This document shows positions 1 through 10,419 of a stretch of DNA of 64,000 bases, in pieces (position 1 is the stretch's first letter; each line of letters begins with the position of its first letter). The stretch is from a virus. The stretch lies in the IMG/VR virus record IMGVR_UViG_3300021964_000014. The stretch is one strand, 5' to 3'. Made by a program: the position numbers and the translations under genes. The notes beneath the pieces are model-generated. The model did not search any database and was not told where the DNA came from. It was given only the letters and a program-made list of their open reading frames with translations.

Positions 1-3000
1 ATATATCTAATGCTACAGAACTTGATAAAGAAGCAGAAGTTGAATTAATTAATGCTGCTTGATCATATGTACCGTCAGAAGAAGCTGTAAAGCTAGAACC
101 ATTCCAGATGTACATTTTATTTTGCTCACCTGTATGAATCCAAACATCACCTACTGTTCTACCAGAAGTAGAAGGAGAAGTTCCTTGTCTAAATATAGAT
201 GCTTTACCTGCTGCTACTGCATCTAAATCTGATAAATTAGATGCTAATGAGCTAGAAGTACTTGCTAAACTATCTGATAGAGAAGCATTAGAAGAAGATA
301 AACTAGTTGCTAAAGAGCCTGATAGAGTATCTACGCTACCTGTTACATAATCTTGAGTAGCTGCATTACCGCCTGTGATTGTTATAGCACCTTTTATTTC
401 TAAGGTACCAGTTCCTGCATCCCAAGCTAATTTATTTCCTGCTGACCCTGTTAAGAAAAAGTCACCAGTGTTATCCATATAAGTCTTCCAGGTACCTGAT
501 TCGTAGAATCCTAGGTTAGTAGAAGTTAAATATAAACCTGTAGCAGAAGCGGTTGGTGGTCTAACTGCTCTACCTGAGCTGTCAGTAAATATTTTTGCAT
601 CTAAAGTATTAGTTGTTGTAGCTATAGAGCCAGACAAAGCTGCGTCTGAAGCTGATATTTCTGTTGCTAATGATCCTGATAAAGAGCTGGTAGCAGCATT
701 TAGTTCTGCTGTATTAACTCCAGTTCCTCCTGTTATGTCAACAGCTCCTTTGATATTAAGTGTTGAACCATCCCAGTATATATAATTGTTTCCAGATGTT
801 GCAGTACCTACTCTAAACTTACCGGTACCGTCCATATAAATTCCATCACCTGCTGTGTTTGTTATTACACTAGCACTAACTCCTGCTTTTAAAGCTCCGT
901 TGTTAAGTGAACTTGAAATTATAAATGTTGGAGTATCTAAACTAAATGTTTGAGTCTTTATGTTTAAATTACCGTCTGTAAAGTTATCTAAAGATATAAA
1001 GTTGTTAGCTCCTCCTACTTTCCATGCACCATCTGTATACCAGTAGTTATTGTTGTTTACATAGATACCATCATTAGTACCTTGAACATCTCTACCGATA
1101 GAAATCTTTTGACCAGTTTCTAACCCTCCTTGAACAGTTGCTACATGAAGTATACCTGCAATAGAACCAGTTTGTGCTGTTATAGCTCCTTTGAAGTATC
1201 CATTTTCAGTATAAATACCAAAACCTGGTTCATCATCTCCGTATAAGTATGCAGAAGATAATCCTGATAGATCTCCTAATCTAGTTCTTAATTCTAAATC
1301 ATAAACCCCTGATCCTGTTCTTTCTACTATATCCATATAGGGTGTAGAAATATCTCTAGGATTAGCATTCATGAGCATATAACCAGAAGTAATATCTTTT
1401 TCTGGGTTATAAACACCAGTTGAAACTAATACCTGACCTTCATTATAAGGTTGAGCAGTTGATACTAAACCGGCTAAAAATTCTTTATCAGAATCAATCA
1501 AGTAAACAGTGTCACCATTAGTATGTGAATCTGCAACTGTGTCGTGGTAATCTCTAATTACTGTTAATACATTACCTGAAGTGGATATAGATGTGATTTT
1601 AAATCTTTCATCATCTATTTTAATAATATTTTGAACTGCTAAACTTGCAGTACTTGCTACAGTGATATCTGTTTCTATATCATCTAAGTCTTCTACTATA
1701 GTAGTAACTGAAGAAGATACAGCAGGTACACCTCCAAATGCTCTTTGAACATATATTTCACCTGCTAGTCCATCAGGGTCTATTGAACCTGTGTTGTAAG
1801 ATATACTACTATCTTGTGAATATCTTTTAGAACCCGATACATACATATACTCAACTGAGAATCCTGTATTATCGACTGATTTAGCTTTTAATATTTCACC
1901 TGTTTCAAATCCAGAAACGTTTGCTACTGAGAATGTAACAGCTGTGTCAGCATATGAAGAAGAGCCGGCTATAATAGCTCCTGCTTCACTTCTTAAAGGT
2001 TGTATGGTTGTAGCATTCGCTACCATCAACTGACCTCCAACTACGTTAACACTCTCTTTTTCAAATACAGTAGTTTTTAAAGTACCACGTATTCTCATAT
2101 TTTCAAACTCAGCAGAACCGTTTCCTAATGTATCTATTCTCCAACCTTTTACGTTGGTAGCAAAGTTAGAAGATTCTAACCTACCATCTGAATGTATTAT
2201 GAGTCCTGTTTCACCTTCTGCATATGCTCCTCCAAAACCAGAAGCAGGTATAGATCTAATCTGAGAGTCAGTTACTTCCCATCCTCCGATCTTATTACCT
2301 TCCTGACCAAACATTGCAATTGTATCAGCACTACCTGTCCCAGAACCATCATATATTTTAATACCGTATAAATCGGAAGCATCGTCTGATATTTCTCCTA
2401 ATCTTATAATTTCTTTTGAACCGGTATCAAAAATATTAAGTCTTTGAGTTGTGGTATCTATATCGAAATAAGTCGTGTCTAACTTAAAAGTTTCTGTCCT
2501 AATATCAACACCAGTGGTTGTATTGAACCTAAAGTAGTTACTAGCATTCTTAGTTAGATCTAATGTTGCTACAGTAGAGTCCATACCAAGTATAACACCG
2601 GCATCATTATTACCAAAAGTTGTTTTGGCTCCTGCTACTAAAAACGCATCATCAGTATTTCCTTCTAGTCTTACCTTATTTGTACTACCGGCTGTTATTT
2701 TTCCTTGTGCTCCTAAAAGTTCAACTTTACCGTCACCAAGTGACATAGAAGCTTCAGTAGAAGATATTTCTATATTAGAAGCTGATATTTCTAAAAGTCT
2801 TGTTGAGATTGATACGTCTGTACCGTCAAATTTAACAAAGCTATCTGAACCGTCACCTACATGGAATCTTGGAGTTCCGCCGTTGTATTGTAACTGTATA
2901 CCTTCATTACCATAAGTTGCGCTATTAATAGAAAAACTATTATCACTTGCATCTAATACTATATTAGTTGACTTTCTTATTTGAGTATTGGTAATATCCC

Positions 3001-3646
3001 ATCCTGCTATATTACCGCCGGTAAATAAAACATCTGAACCTGTTATCTCTCCGTTACCTTTTATGTTAAAAGCAGAAGATGATATGAAATATCCTGAGGT
3101 AGAGGCTGAACCTGACATATAAAATGAAGGTACACCTAAAGTTGATGGTCCTACTATAGCATCTGGTGTTATATTAAATCCACCAATTAAACCGGCAGAA
3201 GCAGTGATCTCACCTTCAATTACAGCACCAGAGGCATGCATATACCCACTTGAAGATATAGCAAAGTTAGAACCAAAATGTACGTAGTAGTTAGCTGATG
3301 GTTGGGGATTGAAAGTAATGTACCATTCATCGGAAGAAAGACCTCCGCTATCGCTTCCGGGTCCTTTTATTTTATCGTAGAATGAACCTGAGAATAGGTC
3401 TATAATCATCCTACTACCTGTTACTTGACTATTAGCTATATAAACATCACCAATAGATCCACCGTTTGTTTGAAAGTTTGCGAATGCTTCACCTCCAATA
3501 GGTACAGTTAGAGACGTTCCGTCTTTTCTTTGTAACAATAGTTGGTTTGCACCGAACGAAGCTGTGAAGAAAAACGATCTAAAATTTGCATCTAGTTCCT
3601 CATGAGTAAGAGGAGCGCCTTTTTCGTCTCTGAAAGTTATAGCCAT
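1..3646 (-). CDS. Very large tail fibre / host-recognition virion protein (runs off the left edge; absent from the ORF track)
   Basis: ATG at 3646 reads MAITFRDEKGAPLTHEELDANFRSFFFTASF; frame checked open at both ends (..LSSSVALDI at base 2); S/T/G-rich; contains GWRIDTLGNGSAEFENMRIRG and GDVWIHT..YIWNGS fibre-type motifs; late motif at 3663-3670. Confidence 0.8.
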   Translation of the reverse strand, partial: MAITFRDEKGAPLTHEELDANFRSFFFTASFGANQLLLQRKDGTSLTVPIGGEAFANFQTNGGSIGDVYIANSQVTGSRMIIDLFSGSFYDKIKGPGSDSGGLSSDEWYITFNPQPSANYYVHFGSNFAISSSGYMHASGAVIEGEITASAGLIGGFNITPDAIVGPSTLGVPSFYMSGSASTSGYFISSSAFNIKGNGEITGSDVLFTGGNIAGWDITNTQIRKSTNIVLDASDNSFSINSATYGNEGIQLQYNGGTPRFHVGDGSDSFVKFDGTDVSISTRLLEISASNIEISSTEASMSLGDGKVELLGAQGKITAGSTNKVRLEGNTDDAFLVAGAKTTFGNNDAGVILGMDSTVATLDLTKNASNYFRFNTTTGVDIRTETFKLDTTYFDIDTTTQRLNIFDTGSKEIIRLGEISDDASDLYGIKIYDGSGTGSADTIAMFGQEGNKIGGWEVTDSQIRSIPASGFGGAYAEGETGLIIHSDGRLESSNFATNVKGWRIDTLGNGSAEFENMRIRGTLKTTVFEKESVNVVGGQLMVANATTIQPLRSEAGAIIAGSSSYADTAVTFSVANVSGFETGEILKAKSVDNTGFSVEYMYVSGSKRYSQDSSISYNTGSIDPDGLAGEIYVQRAFGGVPAVSSSVTTIVEDLDDIETDITVASTASLAVQNIIKIDDERFKITSISTSGNVLTVIRDYHDTVADSHTNGDTVYLIDSDKEFLAGLVSTAQPYNEGQVLVSTGVYNPEKDITSGYMLMNANPRDISTPYMDIVERTGSGVYDLELRTRLGDLSGLSSAYLYGDDEPGFGIYTENGYFKGAITAQTGSIAGILHVATVQGGLETGQKISIGRDVQGTNDGIYVNNNNYWYTDGAWKVGGANNFISLDNFTDGNLNIKTQTFSLDTPTFIISSSLNNGALKAGVSASVITNTAGDGIYMDGTGKFRVGTATSGNNYIYWDGSTLNIKGAVDITGGTGVNTAELNAATSSLSGSLATEISASDAALSGSIATTTNTLDAKIFTDSSGRAVRPPTASATGLYLTSTNLGFYESGTWKTYMDNTGDFFLTGSAGNKLAWDAGTGTLEIKGAITITGGNAATQDYVTGSVDTLSGSLATSLSSSNASLSDSLASTSSSLASNLSDLDAVAAGKASIFRQGTSPSTSGRTVGDVWIHTGEQNKMYIWNGSSFTASSDGTYDQAALINSTSASLSSSVALDI

Positions 3647-3662
3647 TCTGTCTGTCCTTTAT

Positions 3663-3670
3663 TATAAATA
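3663..3670 (-). promoter_or_regulatory. Putative late promoter TATTTATA
   Basis: Same octamer recurs shortly upstream of about 15 late/structural genes. Confidence 0.6.
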
Positions 3671-3686
3671 CGCTCTAATTTGCTTA

Positions 3687-4583
3687 TTAGCCCGTATACA
3701 TAATATAAGCTAGAGCAAAATAAGGAGGTATATGATTGTCTGTTGGTACAGGGTGGCTATGACCACCTCCAGTACCTGTTGAGTTAGTAGTTCCACTTCT
3801 CCAATAAACATATTTGTTATCGTTATCACTGTCTCCACTACCTTTATATTTAGTAGGTCCTACGTAATCAGCTCCACCAAGAGTACCACTTGCTCCGGTA
3901 CCTGGGTTGTTAATTTCAATGTAGTAACTGTCTTTATATGTATGGGTATGTGAAGGTATTTGTCCTGCTGTTAATGTGTGAGCAGTTGTGTTACCTCCAT
4001 GATCGTGAGAAATATCACCGCCTGTCTGAGTAAAGTTGGAAATACCTTCGATGTAAGTTTTAGCAGTACCGCTTAAGTCTGAATGAGCACCTACGATAAA
4101 TTTATTTCTTAAATCAGGAGTACCGTTTGATCCATTACATAGTTTCCAACCTGAAGGTATAGTTGCTATAGTACCAGACCACATTATAATACCTCCTACC
4201 GGAATAGGAGCTGCATTAACCTGTCTAACTACTTGATTAGATTGTTGTACTAAGAAGTCATAATTAGTAGCTGATGATGCGGTTGGTATACTGTTTAGAG
4301 TAACTGAACCAGATAAGGTTGAGTTACCGTTTACAATTAGGTTAGCATTAGATGTTATAGAGCCTGTTATTACTGTATTACCAGCTACATTTAATCCTGC
4401 AGAACCTGATATACTTCCTTGTACTACTAATTGATAACCAGATACTTTAGTGGAGGTACCAATACCGACATCTCCATCTGAATGGAATGATGCTACTACC
4501 CTGTTATAAGAAGCAGAAACTGAAGATGTTACTGGTCCGGATAGTATATGGAAACCTTCGTTCCCACCTGACTGTACGCCCAT
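3687..4583 (-). CDS. Tail fibre protein, C-terminal part with tail-collar domain (probably continuous with 4586-5320)
   Basis: PVGGIIMWSG..IPSGWKLCNGSNGTPDLRNKFIVGA collar motif, HxH metal motifs, PPYFALAYIM end. Confidence 0.85.
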   Translation of the reverse strand: MGVQSGGNEGFHILSGPVTSSVSASYNRVVASFHSDGDVGIGTSTKVSGYQLVVQGSISGSAGLNVAGNTVITGSITSNANLIVNGNSTLSGSVTLNSIPTASSATNYDFLVQQSNQVVRQVNAAPIPVGGIIMWSGTIATIPSGWKLCNGSNGTPDLRNKFIVGAHSDLSGTAKTYIEGISNFTQTGGDISHDHGGNTTAHTLTAGQIPSHTHTYKDSYYIEINNPGTGASGTLGGADYVGPTKYKGSGDSDNDNKYVYWRSGTTNSTGTGGGHSHPVPTDNHIPPYFALAYIMYTG

Positions 4584-4585
4584 AA

Positions 4586-5320
4586 CTACATGACTGAATG
4601 TGGTCCTTCTAAAATTACACCTCTAGTGTTACCTCCTAGTAAGTTATTACCTAAGTTATTTTCAATACGAGCATCTGCGGAATCCCATGTGAATAGTTTT
4701 GTTCTATAAGAATCTTCTAATGTCTTACCAAATACTATACTACCGCTAATAACGTTATCACCTAATGGATAGTTTGCCCCTGCACCTCTAGTTTGGAAAG
4801 AACCGTCTCCTTTAATTACAAAAGAAGGTCCGCCACCAGTCCAGAAATTAATATTAGAGTCCGCACTTTCATATAAATTCTTAATTACTAAATCTGTACC
4901 TACTCCATCGTATGCTATACTTGCCGAATTAACTGCTACTGCTATATGTAATTCTCCGCCGTTTACAACAACGTTTCCACTATTTACTTTTAATTTTTCG
5001 TTAGTGCTTAAAGAAGTTGTACCTATACCTATACCGCCCTTTGCACTATCATATACTATATTAGTTGTTCCACCGAACGCTGTTGGAGAACTTTTATATT
5101 GTAATTCATTAACACTACCGGCTACTTGAACCGATCCTGTAAATGTGTTTAAGGGTATGTTTACAACTCCTGCTCCTTGCAGACCACTACCTGTGTAGTG
5201 TAGGTGTAAAGAAGAAGAGTCTGCCGGTATAGAAGCAGAATAGAAAAAACTTTGAAAGTTTATGTCTAACTCTTGGTAGGAAAGTGCAGTTCCTTTATTT
5301 GTTCTTAACGTTATTGCCAT
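4586..5320 (-). CDS. Tail fibre protein, N-terminal part
   Basis: MAITLRTNKGTALSYQELDINF start shared with the 1-3646 protein; GIGIGT repeat; apparent 1-nt frameshift into the next ORF. Confidence 0.75.
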   Translation of the reverse strand: MAITLRTNKGTALSYQELDINFQSFFYSASIPADSSSLHLHYTGSGLQGAGVVNIPLNTFTGSVQVAGSVNELQYKSSPTAFGGTTNIVYDSAKGGIGIGTTSLSTNEKLKVNSGNVVVNGGELHIAVAVNSASIAYDGVGTDLVIKNLYESADSNINFWTGGGPSFVIKGDGSFQTRGAGANYPLGDNVISGSIVFGKTLEDSYRTKLFTWDSADARIENNLGNNLLGGNTRGVILEGPHSVM

Positions 5321-5322
5321 GG

Positions 5323-6372
5323 TTACATATCTAATTTAACTAGTACTGTTGTTTCATTGTTGTCTGATACAGGAATAGGTTGAGCCATTTTTGCTACAGC
5401 TATTAATTCGCTTGCATCATTATATAAACCTACCGTTGTAAAATATGGTTTGAAAAAGCTTCCGGTTACATTATCTATAAGTGAACCAGATGTTCCATTA
5501 GCGATTGCAGATGGATGTTGAGTAAAATTAAACTCGTCTTCTTTTACCTCACAATGGTAGTTATATGTATAAATAGGATGAGATGATTGCCAAGCTACAC
5601 TACCACTAAAATAGTTCTGATAGTATCCTCCTACTGCAGGGTTGGTTAAAACAATCAACCCGTGAGAGTAGATTACATTTCCTACAATTCTTTGAGGAGA
5701 AGATGCTGATAGTATTAAGTTTCCGTTACCGTCATCTAGTAGTGTTGTTTTCCATTCATCAGCAGCAGCGATAACGAATTCAGATTCAGTTTCGTTTATA
5801 TATTGTTCTTCATTTTCTACATAGTCTCCATCTGCTAACTGTTCAGATGCTCCATACATAGTATCTACTTCTTCTGCAAAACTTTCACTAACGTAATTGC
5901 CACTAGCATCACTCCCGGTATAGACATAGTTAGAACCAGAACCTTCTAGGTCTGGTGTTATCACTACGCTACCTGGTCTAATATAGCATCCGTAAAGATT
6001 TTGAGGGATAGAGATTACTGTAAATTCTGATTGAGCTCTTCTTTGGTTTGAAGTGTAGGAACTTTGTAAGTAGTTATCATACGCAGAGCCAGACATTTCA
6101 TTTGAGCTAGTTGTAGGTAAACCTAAACTATCATAACCGGAATAATAAAGGTGGTGTATACTGTTGTAGACTAACCTTGTATGGTGTTCGTAATCAGTAC
6201 CAGCTAGGTTGACATCGCTACCACTTGGTAGCCAGGCTCCAGAACCAGAAACACCGTGATATGTTTCTATACCAAAACTATCGTGTTGACTTCCACTAGC
6301 TGTGAAAGCTTTATGCGCTACATACTCTGTAGTGTAGTAATCTTCTTGTTTGAATTTTTTGAAGGCAGCCAT
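5323..6372 (-). CDS. Baseplate/tail-collar-associated structural protein
   Basis: C-terminal YFTTVGLYND..LIAVAKM..P motif, paralogous to 6376-7395; structural context. Confidence 0.65.
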   Translation of the reverse strand: MAAFKKFKQEDYYTTEYVAHKAFTASGSQHDSFGIETYHGVSGSGAWLPSGSDVNLAGTDYEHHTRLVYNSIHHLYYSGYDSLGLPTTSSNEMSGSAYDNYLQSSYTSNQRRAQSEFTVISIPQNLYGCYIRPGSVVITPDLEGSGSNYVYTGSDASGNYVSESFAEEVDTMYGASEQLADGDYVENEEQYINETESEFVIAAADEWKTTLLDDGNGNLILSASSPQRIVGNVIYSHGLIVLTNPAVGGYYQNYFSGSVAWQSSHPIYTYNYHCEVKEDEFNFTQHPSAIANGTSGSLIDNVTGSFFKPYFTTVGLYNDASELIAVAKMAQPIPVSDNNETTVLVKLDM

Positions 6373-6375
6373 TCA

Positions 6376-7395
6376 TTAATAATCAAGTTTAATTCTTATT
6401 AACGCTTCCTTTGTAAAGTCTTTTAATAGTGGTCTTGATAATTTTGCTACTCCTAATAAATCATTATTATCGTTATATAAACCAACTGAGGTAATATATG
6501 ATTGAGGATTGTTAACCATAGCACTATGTCTTAGCTCTCCTGATCCTGTTATATTAGAAGGGTTGTTAGAATAGTTAAATTCACTATTACGAACTCTTAC
6601 AAATACGTAATTAGATGAAATAGTTTCTTCTCCGTTTAATTTAAACGATTGACCGTTTTTGATTAAGTTATGAAGAACTGTGTTGTTTGTTCCGTTATTA
6701 ACTGCTGAACCTGTTGATGGATTAGCTACTGTTGAATTATCTCCAAATACGTGTGTAATTGCTTTTGCATTAAGTAAAACTAAACCTACATCAGGTAAAA
6801 ACTTACCAAAAGAAGCAATATACGAACCTGTTGTGTATCCTGTAGCACTCCAACTTACTGGTGAGCCATTTGATCCTTGAATTATATCGTAGACTCTTCC
6901 CGAATCATTATATGTTACTGTGGTTACATTTTGACTATTCTCGGTTAAAGATAAAGAAGCAGTACTATCGTTTAACGTAAGGTTAAATGTTCCAGGTAGT
7001 AATTTTTCTTTATACCTAGCTCTATCTACTGAGATAGCCCAAATACCTTTATCTCCAGACGATTGACCGCCAAAGTTAAAATCTGTTTCTTCATCTCCTA
7101 ATACTAGAGATCTATATTGACCGTAGATAGTACCTGAAGGAGATTTACCGGATACAGCAGAGTTATAAACTGTGGAACCTAATCCGTTCTTTTCTCCATA
7201 TGCTATAGAGTATTGAACTGAAGAGGTTGTTGCTGTGGCAAATACGTCTAAGTAATAGTCTCCGCTAGTTGCAGCTTCTTGTGTTGATGAAGTAAAAAAC
7301 GTAGTTAATTCATATGCTCCAGTACTCCAAACGGTAGAGGATATAGAGTCTGCACTTACAATTACGTCTTGATTATCGAATTTTTTAAATGACAT
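6376..7395 (-). CDS. Baseplate/tail-collar-associated structural protein
   Basis: C-terminal YITSVGLYND..LLGVAKLSRP motif. Confidence 0.65.
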   Translation of the reverse strand: MSFKKFDNQDVIVSADSISSTVWSTGAYELTTFFTSSTQEAATSGDYYLDVFATATTSSVQYSIAYGEKNGLGSTVYNSAVSGKSPSGTIYGQYRSLVLGDEETDFNFGGQSSGDKGIWAISVDRARYKEKLLPGTFNLTLNDSTASLSLTENSQNVTTVTYNDSGRVYDIIQGSNGSPVSWSATGYTTGSYIASFGKFLPDVGLVLLNAKAITHVFGDNSTVANPSTGSAVNNGTNNTVLHNLIKNGQSFKLNGEETISSNYVFVRVRNSEFNYSNNPSNITGSGELRHSAMVNNPQSYITSVGLYNDNNDLLGVAKLSRPLLKDFTKEALIRIKLDY

Positions 7396-7401
7396 ATCTT
7401 A

Positions 7402-8058
7402 TTATACTTTAGTTACGTTAATTGGAATAGTTATTCTAGCTCCACTATCTCTACCTATGATAGTAATTGTACTGTTGATACTAGTACTAGATGTTCCGTA
7501 TAACGTGTTAATTGTTGTACCTGTAATATTTACAGAAGTACCTATTACTGTTTTAGATACATTAGTACCTAAAGTTGTTACAGTATTTAATCTTTCTGCT
7601 TCTGCAGTATTAATCCCTACACCTGTAAAGTTAGAAAGTAGTCTCACATCGGCAATAGATACTGTGTATCCACTTGATTCATAAGCTTGTGAAGCTCCTA
7701 AGTAGTTGAGTGTTTGAGGAGTAATAGTTAATGAAGCTCCTTGCTTTAAAGTAATAGATGCATACCCTGCTTCTAGAATTGGTAGCTTTGCAGTACCTCT
7801 AGGAAGAGTTGCTAATTTATACTTCATTACTTGATTTTCATCAGGAAATGCTTCTAATAAAGGCATATTTTCGATAGCCTCACCATAATATGCAGAACCG
7901 GATGGGTGTAATGTATTATACAGAGTATAATCAATCTCATCATCGGCTAGTGCAAACTGGGTGATTCGGAAAGAGCCATCTCCCCTTGCTAAAAGCTCTC
8001 TTCCCTTTTTGGTTAAGATTGCGTCGACTGTTACGACTGAGTTGTTTAAGTATCCCAT
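7402..8058 (-). CDS. Conserved virion structural protein (baseplate/fibre attachment)
   Basis: DAILTKKGRELLA..ITQFALADDEIDY resembles N-termini of tail-fibre attachment proteins; late motif at 8081. Confidence 0.55.
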   Translation of the reverse strand: MGYLNNSVVTVDAILTKKGRELLARGDGSFRITQFALADDEIDYTLYNTLHPSGSAYYGEAIENMPLLEAFPDENQVMKYKLATLPRGTAKLPILEAGYASITLKQGASLTITPQTLNYLGASQAYESSGYTVSIADVRLLSNFTGVGINTAEAERLNTVTTLGTNVSKTVIGTSVNITGTTINTLYGTSSTSINSTITIIGRDSGARITIPINVTKV

Positions 8059-8080
8059 TTTTCTAACTTTGTTTATATAT

Positions 8081-8088
8081 TATAAATA
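8081..8088 (-). promoter_or_regulatory. Putative late promoter TATTTATA
   Basis: Intergenic octamer 22 nt upstream of the ATG at 8058. Confidence 0.6.
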
Positions 8089-8105
8089 TGTGTTGTTATT
8101 CTTTT

Positions 8106-9851
8106 TTATACTGTACATACCGGGCTAATTGCTGTAATGAACCCTCTATCGTTAGTATTTACTATTTTTCTAGTTTCTTTTACCCATATTTTCTGTTTTC
8201 CTACCGGAACTAACCTGTTACCTCTAGGTTTAAAAATTCTCGTACCGTGAAGTAAAGTAACTGATGAACCAGCTGCAAATCCGGCTTGTAGTCCGGCACC
8301 GTCGTAGTTTCTACTTACTTCTAATGTATAAAGTACAACTCCTCCAAACGGAGATGAGCTTTCTTGGGCAGAAAGTACTTGCATTATTTCTGTGTTTGCT
8401 CCTTGATCAGTAAACTTTACTACATCTCCAACTGCTATAGTTTGTCCTTTTGCTGCTGATATTATCACTGATGTGTCGTTTGCAGCGGATATAGGATTTG
8501 AAACATTTACGAACCCTAGTTCAACTGATGCAGTTGTTGGCATTTCTTCAGTACCTTCAAATAAAAAGTCTTCTATATTTCTATCTGAAAGAGATTGAGA
8601 GCAAATAAAGCCATTGTCTTCAGTAACTAAGTATGCTGCACCTTCAAATTGTGTAGCAGATACAGCTGAGCCTACACCTGAAAAGTCTGATTCAGATGTT
8701 TTAGTTCCATTGTACCTAGCATTAGAGTGACCGGTATGGGTGTAGTTTGAATCTTGGACTAGTGCTTGTGGGGCATAAGGTTGTTGAGTATCATAGTAAA
8801 ACCTAATAGGTAAACTTTCAGGTAAATCTTCAGATGTATGTAAAAATGATTTTATAGTCGATGTAGTCCCGTATGTACCTCCGTAGGAAATATAATTTGT
8901 CTGTTTTAGTCTTGCGTGTATAGTTGCAATCGCAGTACTACCTGTCATAGAATTTGCAATTATAGATAATTCAAAAGGGGTTACTGTGCTGTCTATAGTC
9001 CCGTCTATATTGGTTTGAACAGCTAAACTTTGAGTAACAAGATTAGAGCTATCGAATGAACCTGTGTCATCTATTTCTAAACTTAATGTATGTTGTATGC
9101 TGTACGAACCTGTGTTGGGGACTGATCCAAGTATTGGAAGTTTACCTTGTCCAATAGCAGAGCTTAAAGGACCTCGTTCAACTTTTATAGTAACAGCACG
9201 GTCATTAGGCACACTAATGGAATCAGAAATACTTTCTGACATAAAGTAGTTTGAAGCCGGTGCCCATGGTAGAGTGGTTTCTTTTAGAATTTTAGATCCA
9301 TTAGAATCTTCAAATTTCAAACCGCTTACGTTTATTTCTCCGATACCTGCGATTGCTGGGTAGTTAGTAGGAGCTACAAATCCACCGCCTCTATCTACAT
9401 CAAATCTCTTATTAGAAGAACGAATAGTGTCAGCATTACTAATTAAAGCGTTATAGTCGTTATTGAAAAAAGGTTCAGGTAAATAGGGTGTCAGAGTAAC
9501 GCTTCGTGGTTCTTGAGAAGGTAAAATATCTTGAAGATTAGTTAAAAACAAATCGTTTACGTCTATGTAGTAGTAAGAGGTATTTCCGGACTTGGGTTTG
9601 GATGTTTTGGTTATTACATTGAGCTGCTCCTGTGTTAAAGGGGCTTCTACAGTCGAGGTATCGTTTAGGGCTGCTCTTATCTGTTCTACTGCATCAAGAG
9701 ATAGTTTAACGTTGTTACCGTTTATATCTACATTAGATATGGTAATAGCTCTAACTTGGTCAGAGCCGTTAGTTGGTTTATATAGTACTCTCATCTGCCC
9801 TGCGGCTGGAGCAGTTTCTATAAATAAACCTATAGTAGTTTGTACTGACAT
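8106..9851 (-). CDS. Putative virion structural protein
   Basis: S/T-rich 581 aa protein in the tail module; late motif at 9865-9872. Confidence 0.55.
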   Translation of the reverse strand: MSVQTTIGLFIETAPAAGQMRVLYKPTNGSDQVRAITISNVDINGNNVKLSLDAVEQIRAALNDTSTVEAPLTQEQLNVITKTSKPKSGNTSYYYIDVNDLFLTNLQDILPSQEPRSVTLTPYLPEPFFNNDYNALISNADTIRSSNKRFDVDRGGGFVAPTNYPAIAGIGEINVSGLKFEDSNGSKILKETTLPWAPASNYFMSESISDSISVPNDRAVTIKVERGPLSSAIGQGKLPILGSVPNTGSYSIQHTLSLEIDDTGSFDSSNLVTQSLAVQTNIDGTIDSTVTPFELSIIANSMTGSTAIATIHARLKQTNYISYGGTYGTTSTIKSFLHTSEDLPESLPIRFYYDTQQPYAPQALVQDSNYTHTGHSNARYNGTKTSESDFSGVGSAVSATQFEGAAYLVTEDNGFICSQSLSDRNIEDFLFEGTEEMPTTASVELGFVNVSNPISAANDTSVIISAAKGQTIAVGDVVKFTDQGANTEIMQVLSAQESSSPFGGVVLYTLEVSRNYDGAGLQAGFAAGSSVTLLHGTRIFKPRGNRLVPVGKQKIWVKETRKIVNTNDRGFITAISPVCTV

Positions 9852-9880
9852 TAATTCTCTTTTATATAAATATTACAGTT

Positions 9881-10408
9881 CTAATTTAATACGTCTTTTA
9901 AAGTTCTTCTTGAATTAGGGTAAATACCTTTATCGTACATTTCCTTCCAATAGAAAAAAGACCTAGGAGGTTCATCGTGTTGTATCTTAAATAGACCTTC
10001 TACAATCTCTTCTGTGTATCGATACTCTTTATCAATTTCAATTTCTCCATCTCTTATTTTAGTATAACCTTTCCAGGGTCTTATTTTATAAAAAGGTTTA
10101 AAACCTTCTTCGTATGTAAACACATAAGAACAGTAGAAAATATCTACTAACTGAAGGTGTTTAAATCCTAACTTTATACCTTCTACTAATATATTTTTAA
10201 GCTCTAAATAATCTTCTATTTCTCCTACTACCATTATATCAGCATCCCAAGTCTCTGTCGTTAGTAAACTATCGCCTGCTAGATAAGTATACTTTTCAGT
10301 ACCGGGAATCTTAGAAAAGTCTGTATACCATTTTTTTAATCTCTCTTTATCGGGACGAAACCATGGAGTGTTAGTTTTTACTTCTCCTATTTTATATTCA
10401 AATTGCAT
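9881..10408 (-). CDS. Hypothetical protein, possible pol-beta-type nucleotidyltransferase fold
   Basis: G-S..TWDADIMV and later VDIFY acidic motif spacing; aromatic/charged composition unlike its neighbours. Confidence 0.35.
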   Translation of the reverse strand: MQFEYKIGEVKTNTPWFRPDKERLKKWYTDFSKIPGTEKYTYLAGDSLLTTETWDADIMVVGEIEDYLELKNILVEGIKLGFKHLQLVDIFYCSYVFTYEEGFKPFYKIRPWKGYTKIRDGEIEIDKEYRYTEEIVEGLFKIQHDEPPRSFFYWKEMYDKGIYPNSRRTLKDVLN

Positions 10409-10419
10409 CTGTTTATGTA

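Noticed and set aside
4583-4590. TAG recoding / alternative genetic code
   Set aside because: The two ORFs are in different frames, so readthrough would not join them; long genes are intact under code 11 and TAG/TGA act as normal coupled stops
1-5320. Diversity-generating retroelement or invertible shufflon acting on the fibres
   Set aside because: No reverse transcriptase, invertase or template/variable repeat pair seen in the window
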